Origin: Vitrella brassicaformis CCMP3155
Lineage: Eukaryota > Protista > Chromerida
NCBI GenBank assembly: GCA_001179505.1
Contig: CDMY01000346.1
Location: forward strand, 43,999-107,998
Direction of reading: 5' to 3'
DNA length: 64,000 bases
This document shows, in pieces, positions 46,701 to 58,496 of the stretch. A model generated the notes under the pieces. The model saw nothing but the letters and a program-made list of their open reading frames with translations. It was not told the DNA's origin and searched no databases. How positions within the stretch are numbered: the stretch's first letter is position 1; every line of letters begins with the position of its first letter. Position numbers and translations under genes: made by a program.

Positions 46701-49244
46701 ATCTGACTGCGTGTGCCTGTCCCCGTTCTGGCTGCAGATGGCCGAGAAGCTCAAAAAGTTCCACGCGCAGCTGGAAGGTACCGCCGCGCCAGCCTCCGGC
46801 CCCAGCAGTAAGAAGCGTCCCGCCCGCCAAGACAAGAACACCAATGCAACCACAGCCATAACCGAGTCTGCCAACCCCATGTCCAGCTTCATCAGCGACT
46901 CAGACGGCCGCAGGGGATCCTCAGTGACAATCGACGCCTCGCCAATGTCGGCCGCTCAGGAGGTCCGGCCGTACCAGCCTGCAGAAGTGGTCGCCATCCC
47001 CGTAACAGCTGCGGCGAGGAAGCAGTCCGAGGGGGCAGCGACACAGGGGCGGTCCATCATGAGGAGAACTGATTCCGCTGAGACCGCGCGCACTGAGGTG
47101 CATAACATACATGGGCGTCTCCATACACATGCACGTGTGATATACATACATGTGTATGTGTGTGTGTACAGCGCACCGCCAAGGCCAGAGGAAACCGGTG
47201 TTCACGCTGCATTGAGAAAGCGTGGAACTCGACGATCGGGCGGCTCCTCTCTGGCAAGTCGTCACACTCGTGCTGGTGAGTGAGGAAGGCAGGTCTGTAC
47301 AGCACACATGTATGTATTTGCCCATTAATCCATTCCGTCCATCAGGGGTTTTGGGCGTTCCTGATCTGCTATTTCACCCTCGTGGCGGTCCTTATTAGCA
47401 TGATGATACTCTCTTTCCGTAAGTAGGAAATGAGTGAGTCAACACACACACACACACACACACACATGGTATATGTATGAATCCGTGCGGATGCAGAGAC
47501 CAAGGCCGACGAGCTGTCTGTCATCAAAGAGGTGGTATTCGAAATTCGCGAAGCAGTCGCCATCTCGCCTGACGTCGTCAAAGTCGGAAGGTAGGTACGA
47601 TTGACACACATGGCCACAGTGAGTGAACATGTGAGAGAGGGACCATTGTGCAGATAGATTCGGATGGATGCCGGTCCGAATCTATCTGTCTCTCCATCTC
47701 TGGATGTACGTATGCTCACATGTTGCAAACAGATGGCCGTGGCGCACTTTCAACACGACGTCCCTCCGGGCGGATTTTGCGAAAGAATCCACAACTGCGG
47801 CGGAACGTTTTAACGTGAGTGAGCAACAGACAGACAGACAGACAGCCAGACAGACAGAAGAGGTCGACTTCCAAATGTACGTGCATGTCTCTCCTCCCCT
47901 TCCCGCCCTCTGCTTTTGTGGCGTCTGTCTGGCGTCCGTGCCCCCAGGATATGCTGAAAGTCAAGACGTCGGGTACCTGGTTTGGCACCAGCGACACTCT
48001 AGATCGACGCTTCCCCAAACGTAAGCTGACGCCTGTCTGTCCACTGCACTCATTGGGTGTCAACAAAATGACTGCAAGCAAACAGGCAAGAAACTGCTGT
48101 ACGAGCCGAATTGTCTGCGCCGCGCCCCGGCTACGTGTGAGGGGGAGGACTACCCTGGCCAAAAGAGAATGGAAGAGGTACGTCGTGTTGAAAGTGCGCC
48201 ACGGCCATCTGTTTGCAACATGTGTGCCATACTCGATGGCGTGGCAGGGTTTGTACGAAGCTATGTCCATCTGGTATGTATGAAGATCGGGACATCGGCC
48301 GGCAGGTCATCCATCCATCCATCCATCCATCCATCGAGGACCTGTATGTGAACGTGCAATAGGCATTTGGAGTGCGCGTATTTGTCCTTTCACGCGAGCG
48401 ACGAGAACATCACCATGTCCACACCAGAAAGGTTCTGGTTCATCTACAATGTAAGCAAGCCTTTATCACGCGTGCACTGTCTGTGGCTCACACACATCAA
48501 ATGGACGCGTTGACACGGCTGTCTGTCTGACTGACTGACAATGTCTAATACTCTATATCAGATGTACCGCAAGGACATTGAGGACGGCATGATCAGATTG
48601 GAAGACACCATCTACAAGGCATGTATCTCCCACAAGCGACCGACCGCACAAAGACAGACATGCACAGCACACATAGATACATACATACATATGTTGGGGA
48701 CGTTTGTGTGTGCAGGAGGCGCGTGAGGAGATGGCGGGGCATTCAAACACGTCCCTGACGCTCTGTATCTTCGCCTTTGTGGTGGTCTTTATCGCTTCCT
48801 GTAACACATATATCACCGCCAACCGCCTCAGGTATGTTTGCACTAATGAAACTCCATCCATCCAGCCAGCCACCCATGTGTCTCACGTGCCCTTGTCTTC
48901 CTTTGTGTGTGTGTGTGGGTATTTATTGTGTGTGATTGTGTGTATGCATATATTGCGCGCACCATGTGCGACAGGGATGAGTTGTGGCGTGCGATGGAGG
49001 TGCTGCGTATTTTGCCGTGGAAGATGGTCGAGGAGCAGCAGCTCATGCAGCGCTTCTTCGGCCTCAACATCGAGGAGGAGTCCGAAGGCGATGAAGGGTC
49101 GGAGCCCTCCGGAGACTTACAAGACGTACGTCAGCAAAGGAACGACGCAGACAGAACAATCGGAGACATGGGTGCTATCTATCCATCTATGCCCGTTCGT
49201 GCATGCAGGTGGCCGCCAATAATGACACTGACAACCGCGTGTGA
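40797..49244 (+). CDS. TmcB/TmcC (tiny macrocysts)-like large multipass membrane protein
   Basis: N-terminal multi-TM block (KPWQEALFGVFY..., IWPLVLLRGF), TPR-like AYTTLMNRFPRSPEALESCSAFLYQVY segment, further TM segments, C-terminal ...LRILPWKMVEE...; many in-phase exons. Frame break at about 44348. Family assignment is from recalled motifs only. Confidence 0.7.
47717..48224. repeat. Perfect 45-bp inverted repeat (47717-47761 / 48180-48224)
   Basis: cacatgttgcaaacagatggccgtggcgcactttcaacacgacgt and its exact reverse complement, checked base by base. Confidence 0.97.
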
Positions 49245-50855
49245 GCAACCGACAAACGGTGTGGCTGGGTGGCTGAATGGGCAAGGGGAACGACTACTCT
49301 CGCCTGTGTGTATGCATGGGTGTCTCTCTCTGTGATTTGTGGTGTTGGGCACTGTGGTCTGTCTTTTTTGCCCGTCGGGTCGACTCATCCGGCCGTTAAT
49401 CCATCCATCCATCCATGTGTGCGGATTTCAAGACGGAAGGTGGCAGCGAGCGATTACGTTGAGGCCTCGATATATTATCGCCGGAATTTATCCGTGTTGG
49501 TCTTAGTGGATGGGTGGGTGGGTGGGTGGGTGGGATGGGTGGTGCTCCTCTGGTCGACGCATCCCACTGCATTTCGTCTCCCTATGTCTGATGGATGTAG
49601 GGGTCATGTCTGTCTGTCTGTCTGTCTGGTCAATCCAACGCCCACAGACACAGACACGGCAGTCAGTCAGTAGGTATACCTACATACATACATGTGCATT
49701 TTCCTTCCATCCGTCCACCCCACCCTTCCGGCTGTCGGGGCGTGCATGGGCAGAGCTGTATGTGCGAGTGGGTGTCTTGCAAAGATCACTGACTGACTGA
49801 CTGCGAGGAGCTTGGCTTGCTTGCGCATCACATGAACACATCTACCGACGCACAGATGCACAGATGAACGGCCGGAAACACACACACATGCAGCAAGCAC
49901 ACGCACACACGGACACACACACACACACAGAGAGAGAGAGACCCACACAAAACTGTCCCCCAGCCCCCACCTATCCGCGAGCGACTGACGCATGGCCATG
50001 CAGGTGATCCCACAACATTCGTACTGCAGCAGTATGAATGTTGGCCCGCGACACTCTCTCAGCGCGTATCTGCCTTCCTCACGCCCAACCAACTCCTGCA
50101 GTCGTCTCACACTCACACTCATACTCACACGCAGACAGACACACACGGAGCAAACAGCAAGGACACACACACGGATAAATAACTCCCAGCCAGCCATCCA
50201 TCCATCTCAGCAGGAAGGCACACTAGCACACAGGCGGCCCCAGCACGCACACACGGACGCATTCAACACGACACGCAGAGGCAAACTGAGGTGGGCCGGC
50301 AAGGAGAGTAAGGATGGAACGATGTGCGGTACTTTGTACCTACCATGTATGTATGCGGCAAAAAGTCCACGTCGATCCACCCGAGCCACTACAGTAACTG
50401 CGGATGGGGCAGGGAGGGAGGGAGGAGGGAGGGAGGGAAGACAGCACACACACGAGACCAAGGAAGGGAGACCCACACGAGGACACACGCAGGCAGGCAG
50501 GCAGGCAGGAAGGCACCGCTGGACCCATGTAGTTGATCAGTGAGGCACATACACAAGGCACTAACAGCCCAACACCCCACTGCATCAATCAACACTGCTC
50601 GCACCCTCTCTCTCTCTCTCTCTGTCTCTCTCTCTGTGGTTAATGGCTATCTAGCAAGCAGTACATCCGCGTACGGATGTAGAAAATTAGCCGCACTGCA
50701 CTGTATGTCTTCGTGGCCCCACTTAGCCCAGAGAAGCGGCGGCCACCGAGATGGAAACATGTATGTATGTATGTGAGACCGACCGCCCGACCAGCCGGCC
50801 AGCCCCGCCAGCGACTAAATAAATCGGTCGGCCGGTCGGTCGGTCAATCTCAATC

Positions 50856-50905
50856 ACGGCGGCAAACAACCAACCGCTTCACGGCGGCAAACAACCAACC
50901 GCTTC
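50856..50905. repeat. Perfect 25-bp tandem duplication (acggcggcaaacaaccaaccgcttc x2)
   Basis: Read directly from the sequence. Confidence 0.9.
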
Positions 50906-51150
50906 AGGCAAACACCCACACCAACACGGAGACACGCACATTCGTGCCTGCGTGAATACCGAGATGAATCTGTCGTGAATGTAGCTAGCTATCTACTTAT
51001 GTCCCACCCGAGCACTGCCCAGGCCCCAGCACCTCCCTCCCTCCCGCGCTCCCTCTCGTGTGTGCCGCCGCCCTCACACGGCCTGCCTCTCACAAAAATG
51101 GGGGCCCGCGCCTCGCCAGTCAGTCATGCATCCTTCATTCCCCAGCAGAT

Positions 51151-51191
51151 TCCCCAGTAGATAGAGCACTTTCCCCAGTAGATAGAGCACT
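51151..51191. repeat. 21-bp-period tandem duplication (tccccagtagatagagcact)
   Basis: Read directly from the sequence. Confidence 0.85.
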
Positions 51192-51484
51192 CAACGAGGC
51201 TCCCAAACAGACAAGGCCGGGCGAGTTGGCTGGCGATACTATCTACTGGCCCAACCAACCAACACGCCCCTCTCCTTTTTCCCCTCCACGCCCCTCCTCT
51301 CCTCTCCTCTCCTCTCTTGGCTGGCTGGCTGGCTGGCCGCAGGTAGCTTGCTGAAATATATGGACTGCCCAGCGGCTTGATGCATCTAGGCAGGTAGGTA
51401 CCATGTATGTATGCAGCTCGTATGGACGGATGTGCGTACGTCAACATCCATCTCAGAGATCTGTGTGTGTGTGTGGGGGGGGGG

Positions 51485-51784
51485 NNNNNNNNNNNNNNNN
51501 NNNNNNNNNNNNNNNNNNNNNNNNNNNNNNNNNNNNNNNNNNNNNNNNNNNNNNNNNNNNNNNNNNNNNNNNNNNNNNNNNNNNNNNNNNNNNNNNNNNN
51601 NNNNNNNNNNNNNNNNNNNNNNNNNNNNNNNNNNNNNNNNNNNNNNNNNNNNNNNNNNNNNNNNNNNNNNNNNNNNNNNNNNNNNNNNNNNNNNNNNNNN
51701 NNNNNNNNNNNNNNNNNNNNNNNNNNNNNNNNNNNNNNNNNNNNNNNNNNNNNNNNNNNNNNNNNNNNNNNNNNNNNNNNNNNN
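51485..51784. other. Assembly gap (300 N)
   Basis: N run. Confidence 1.
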
Positions 51785-52253
51785 GGGGGGGGGGGCGAGT
51801 TGTTAGGTATGTGCGAGTGCATGTATGTATGGATGGCGAAAGACACCGTCAGGACAGACACGTGACGTATGATGTATGTATATATGTACCGTTGTGTGTG
51901 TGTGTGTGTATGTATGTATGTGACTGACAAAGCTAGAGGACGCTCAGTCGAAAGAGAGAGAAAGAAGGAAAGCGATCGATCGATCGGCCGACCCTTGCCC
52001 AGCACAGCATGCACACAAGCTTTGGCCAGCTGCTTTGGACTCAGTCATTCATTGACTCAAACAGCAGAGAGAACAAGGGGGGGAGGGCGCATGAAGACAC
52101 TCAGCCATCCATACAGCCGTACAGCCACACATCCATATGTATATATATATGGGCACATAGGCAGGCAGACACGAACGGACGGGCGCAGGCACCAGAACAA
52201 AATCGCGTCACATTGATCAATCAACGTACGGGATCACATGGCCAATCTCTCTG

Positions 52254-52285
<32 letters not shown>

Positions 52286-52365
52286 CGCACTCACCTCACC
52301 AACCACACACACGGACAACACACCTAGGCCCACCCCCACCCCCACACTCTCACTCACTCAGTCAC

Positions 52366-55300
52366 TCAGTGTTGCCCTTGCTGCTGGTGGTGTTGTTGGT
52401 TGCCGGTCACTTCCTCGGGGAACCACCCCCATAGGCCACTCTCGGGCCACACTTTGCGCCCCCAGGTCCAGCCGGTCGGGTGGCGGTCCCGCACCTCCAC
52501 CCAGTCGCCCCGCTGCACACTCAGCTCCACTTCTGTCCCGGCCTCGAACTCCATCGTCACCAGACGCACATCCGGCACTCCCTCTTGCCTCATGGTGGTC
52601 GCACCAGGAGGCTCGTGCTGCTGCTGGTGTTGGTTGTGGTGTTGGTGGCGCTGCTGCTGCTGGTGTTGCGCGCCTGAGGGTGGAGGGGCGGAGGCGGCCG
52701 CATGCAGAGCGCCCGACCGCGTCATGGCGTCGTGTGCAGAGCTGACAGAAGCCTGGCTGCTCTTCGTGGGTGGCTGCATGTGTGGCGACGGGGTGGGGGA
52801 GGGCTGGGACGGCTGTGATGGGTAGTCGGCGTAAGTCACATGGGAGCTGCCACGCCACTCAGGTGGGGGCCGCTGTGACCTTTGACCCTGAGCTTGCGCC
52901 GTGCCCATCGCGGGATGGACCGATGTCTGCAAAGGCTCAGAAAGCAGCGACTGCAGGTCCTCAGGCTGGCTCCCGCCGAAGCCCTGCGGGCCATAGGGCT
53001 GTGGCTGTGGGTGCTGAGGTGCATGCATGGGCGGCGGGGGCCTCGAAGTGGGCGTGCTCACCCCTCTGGTGCCTCTGGGCGGCCTCAAGTGGCTGAATGG
53101 CCGATCGCCTCTGGCCACCCCAAACGGCCCCCGGCCCCGCCCCCGCCCTTCAAACGGCAGGGGGAAACTCCCACCCCGCCCCTGTGGCGAGTGGTAGGGT
53201 GGCCGGCCTGGACGCTGCGGGCCACCAGGATAACGCTGCTGCTGGGGCACCTGCAGGCAGGCAGGCAGGCCACACACAACGAACGAGGCGAGGAAAATGC
53301 TCAAGGTGTCTTGGTTCTTTCTTGTGTGTGTCTAGCTTAGCTTGCCTCGTCAGGTGGTGGATGGTCGGTGGTTGGCGCGCCTCCCCCTCTGGGCATTGGC
53401 CGTGGTCGCGTTGGCGGCGGTGGGATGGCCCCGTGGGTGATGAGGGTGGCGCATCGGGTCCGCCAGTAGTCGGCGTCGCGCGTGAGCTGCTTGACGTTCT
53501 TCTCCTTCTGCACGTGCAGGCGGTGCATCCGACTCAGCGCACTCAGCAGCACGTCAGCCTCATCTTGCAACACACGCACACGATCCTGCCATCACACAGA
53601 AAAGACGGATGGATGTCGTGCCATCGACGTGCTCGTTCTTTCTTCTTTTCTCTTTCTTTCTTCTTTCTTGCCTTGTAAGTCTTGCCACATGTCTGCAGCT
53701 CTGAGATGACCCGCTGTACGTCCCCTCTCGGGACGAATGCGAAGCCGGGTCCCTCGGCGGCCCCGGGGCTGCTCATGGGGCTGCTCCCCTGGGGAGTAGT
53801 GGCCGCCGGCTCGTGCGACCCCTGGCTCGGCTCACGCGACAGGTCGCTGCCCCTCGAGGGCAGCCCACCCAGAGCTCGAGACGAAGAGGGCCCAGCCTGA
53901 GACACAGCAGGGTACACAGACGGACAGAGATGGATACATGTGGCGCAAGCGGTCAGACTCTGTCTGGTTTGGTTCGCTCACCGGTGCAGGTCTGGAGAGG
54001 GAGGAGGAGAATGAAGGCGGCAGCTGCACCGCCCGCCACATCCGGCCGGCCTCTTCCCCTCCCCCCGGCTCGCCGCCACCAGCACCAGCACCAGCACCAG
54101 CAGTAGCCGCTGGTACCATCACAAATGTGTCGATGGCGCTGAGCGGGTCTCCCTCCAAATGCCTCTCGCCTTCCGGGTCGGTCCACACAACTCGCGAGAG
54201 GCCCTTCATGCCTCGCATCTGCCGCTGGCCACGACCGCCCCGGCGGCCGCCACGCCATCCGCCGCGCGACCCGCCCACGTCTGATAGTGTGGCGGGGAAC
54301 AGGTGTTCTGGAAGTCGGCCTGGGCCGCGCCAGTCATCGGCTTCGAACGGGCTGCTCGCAGGGCCGCCACTTGCAGAGGGTGTGGGGGGTAGGTTGGGAC
54401 TGTGTGGGCTGCTGCTGGCGCGCACTGGGCCCGGGAGGAAGGGCGACTGGAACAGCTGTTCATGAGGGGACGATGAAGGATGGAACGACTGGCTGCCTGT
54501 CGACATGGGCTCATCGACGAGCGAGTCTCCGATGGGCTCGTGCGTCTCGTGGTACGGCGGCGGGGAGCGCATCTCGCGCTCGTGTGGCGGGCGGTGCTTC
54601 CACATGAAGGGCGAGTCATCTTCCCGCAGGGCCAACTCGAAGTCGTCAAAACTGGGGGGCACCGACGAGTCGGCGGCCGTGGCCGTCTGAGAGGGCGGCA
54701 TGGCGGCCGGCTCGGACGAGCCGGAGAGACCCAGCTGCGAGGATCCCCAGTAACGGTACGGCATGGGACCGCCCGCACCGCCAGGCAACGGCTGAGACGA
54801 AAACGACGCCGAACTGAACACACACACACACACACACAGAAAGACCGACAAGAGCGAGAGCTGCCTGATGCGATGCGGTCGCGTGCGTGACAGTGTTGGT
54901 TGACAGTCCGACCGACCTGATCGGCGCCTCTGTGCTGCGTGATTCCTCCCGCTGCAGGACGTCGCCGACTGGCGGGGGAACCGGCGGGTGTGGGTAGGGC
55001 GCCGCCGACGTCGCCGACTGCTGCATCATGAAGTCGTCGTACGTTGGCGATGACGCGTCACGCGGGCGGACTGACCAATTAGGACAAACACACAGACCGA
55101 GAGAAACATCAATCAGAGGCCTTCACTGACATCCTTCTGTGTGTGCGTGACGCACTTACATGGTGCGATGGCGGGGTCGGACGTAAAATGAGCGGCCGAT
55201 GCCGTCAGCGGTGGGCTGCCGTGTGACTGCTCGTCAGCCCCAGATCCCGAAACCACATCGCTCCCACTGCCGCGGAAGGTCATCGACCCTCCCCCGCCCT

Positions 55301-55550
55301 CCATGTCCCTCGCCGCCTCCCACACCTTGTACTGACCACCCTTGGGCCGCCCACCACTGGTGGACCGTCCCGATAGCGGCCGCCCGGTGTGGGCTGACTC
55401 GGCGCGTGTGAGGGTGTGCTGGCTCAGTGGCGGGACTGCACTCTGTGGGGGAGCTATGGGTCCGAAGCCGCTCCCCGGTTCGCTCGCGACTGCATCGTCG
55501 CGGAGCGGATGGATGCCGCCGCCGGATGAGTCGAAGTCCATGTGTGTCAT
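52366..55550 (-). CDS. Low-complexity protein with short coiled coil and C-terminal SH3 domain
   Basis: The last exon ends VTMEFEAGTEVELSVQRGDWVEVRDRHPTGWTWGRKVWPESGLWGWFPEEV (ELS..GD.V.V..GW..G.FP SH3 pattern). Coiled-coil exon LLSALSRMHRLHVQKEKNVKQLTRDADYWR. Start uncertain. Confidence 0.75.
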
Positions 55551-58496
55551 GGAGGGCGGCGTGTGGTGTGCCTGCGTTGCGGATGACCCAAAGCAAAAGG
55601 GCAAGCAAGAGGGGCAGTGCATGGGGGGGGTGACGCAAGACAGACAAGCAGAGAGGGAGCAAAGACAGACAGACAGACAGAAGACAACAAAGGCAACAAG
55701 CAGGGAGGGAGGGAGAGATGTGATGTGTATCTGATCTGATCCGCGTGTTGTGCGTGTTATGCGTTTTGTGCATTCGTTTCTTGTACCTCGGTATCGCTCA
55801 TGCGGAATGGCTTTGATTGATGCGAAGCAAAACAGACAGATGATAGATAGATCTCCCTGAATAAATCGCTGTGGCCGGGAGCGCCAGATGACCCCTCGAT
55901 CGCAGCTCTCCCCTCCCCCCTCTGCCGAAAGCTCCCCTGCCCTCAACTAAATGGTCCGGTTGGCGTCATGGGACACGTGTGTCGGACGTGTGTCAGCAGG
56001 GCAGATCTCCCTTGTTTGGCGTTGCATTTCGCCAGCACATGGCTCCCGGCAGCATCCGCAGCTCCCGCCGCAATGTCTGACGGCTGTCGTTGGTTTGGTC
56101 CAGTGGCGTTTGACGTGTGGGTTAGGGTGGCATTCGCGAGACCGGATTTCGCGTGACGAATCATTCACTCATTCATTCACTCATTCATTCAATCACTCAA
56201 TCAATCATTCAATCATTCTGAACGCATACACAGAAATCTGATCGACACACACGCAGTGCGGCTCACAGCAATTGGCTCACAGAACCCATCCCCTATTATT
56301 ATGTGACAATTGACTGAGTGAGTGACTGAGTGAATGGATGGATGACGTCCAGCGATGAATCATGGGATGACAAGCAAGCGAACGAGCCAACAACCGCCAC
56401 ACCAACCAGTCAGTCATCTGAGTGACGTGCCGCTCTCTCAGTGTCGTGTGTGTGTGATACTCCCCCGACCCGCCACGGACGGCGCCCCCAGATGCACATG
56501 CCATGCCGGGAGCGCCACTGGTTGCGTTTCGAGAATGCACCACACGCTGGGGCAAAGCCCTGCTGGCAGCCTATCCACTGCCTGCAGCAGTCCGATCGGA
56601 TCGCACAGCCAGAAGCAACGGCCGACCGACACCAGCCGTGCAGATCGACAGAGACCTCAGAAAGCTAGAAGGAAAGATCAAGGAAGTCTTGATACGATAT
56701 GCCCCTCCTTTCGTTGCCTCTCTGCCCTTGTTGCCTTCCTTGTCGGGCGCCCGCCCCTGCAAAGCTTGCCAGTGATCACTCGCAGCACACATGGAGGGAG
56801 GGAGGGAGGGAGGTGTCGGCAAAGAAAAAGATGCTTGCCGTGAGTGGTTAACCCACCCAAAGCGTGTGGTGTCTGTCTGTGGTCAGAACACACACACATA
56901 CAGGTGGGTGAGAGAGTGTCCAGAGCGCGCACCGCTATGCGACTAAAACACCATCCACCACTTCCACACGCCCCACACACAGAGCCTCCCCGTATCAGCT
57001 AGCTATGCGGCGCACGGCAGCGATCCTCTCTTATTTCTCTGCCAGCCGGCCGTCCTGGTGTGCCGGCCACGCCGTCTGTCTGCCTGTCTGCCTGTACATG
57101 TGCTCTCCTTTCCTCTCCTCTCTCCTCAATACATACACTCCTACACAAATACGGATGGATGTGGATCGATGGACCGATGGACGTGGTGTATACACAGACA
57201 TATACAATACAATACAGGGGACAGACACCTTTGCATACTCACACTCTCCCTCCCTCCCTCCCTCCCTCCCCCTCTCTCTCTCCCTGGACCTTCACTGCGT
57301 TGAAACAGACAGACCTGCCGGGGCCAGTTAGTGTACACGACAGACTATGTATGTATGTATGTGTGATCACCTAAACAGAAGCCAAGAAGGGAGGGAGGGG
57401 AGTGCGGTCGGGCGATCGCGATATCGACACATGGCAAGGGCAGAGTGAATGAAGGAATGAAGGCAGACAGACAGACAGACCAAAAAGACGGACGCTGCAG
57501 ATGTGTGTGCGCATTCCGTCGTCCATTCACTCATTCATTCGGTCACGACGTACGCTATGTAGGTATACGAAGGAAGGGCCCAATGCAGCCAGGCCACGCC
57601 ACGCCAGGCCAGGCAGCAGTGAGTGGGCAATTAGAATCATGATATAGATGAGATGAGATGAAACTGGGACGTACGCTCTGGACGGTGGACGCACTCGATG
57701 GACGGGAGGGACATGTGTAAAGACGTATGGAGGGAGGGAGGGAGGGATGCAGATGGATGCACGCCGCGCGTCAGCCAGCTGCAAGCATGCATGTGGTGAC
57801 GCGCACAGTGCCTGCCGACGGATCCATGGGATGGATGGTGGTGACACACACCCCCACACACACACCCCGACACACACAGAAACACACACAGACTCAGACA
57901 CCCAAGAAAGCACACCGCACCGAACCCTCATCTCTCCGACCCACAGGCAGACAGGCATCATGCAGATCGTGCGTGCGTGAGTGCGTGCTCGACCGTGTGA
58001 CATGGCCCGGCCCGGCCCCTTGCCCCGTATTACTGTACACTCGCCTCCTTCTGACTGGCTGGGGTGGCCAGGCGGCCAGACGGCCGATGCACGCACGCAC
58101 CACGCACGCACACACACACACGTGCACTTCCCCCGTTGGGACGGACGGAAAGGAGCACGGCGCACCACGCACCCGCATTTCATCTCTCTGTCTCTGTCTG
58201 GCTCTCTCCAAAATGCCCCCTTCCCCCCCCCCAATTTCTCTCTCACTTTGGTTGCTCTCAGAAAGGAACAAGGTCACGTAGAAAGAAAGAAAGAAAGACT
58301 CACACGGACAGACCGAGAAAGGGCCCACAACAAAACGAGATGAAACGAAACAGGACAACACCACTCACTCCACACAAACAGGGCTATGTATGCTCTCTCT
58401 AGGCATGCTCCACTCACTCACGCTCAGCACACGACATGCAGACTAGCTAGACAGAAAGCAGTGGGGGAGGGGAGACGAGAGTGAGGTGAGTGTGTG

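Noticed and set aside
47717-48224. MITE with 45-bp terminal inverted repeats
   Set aside because: No TSD; one arm overlaps an exon and the spacer contains three in-frame host exons.
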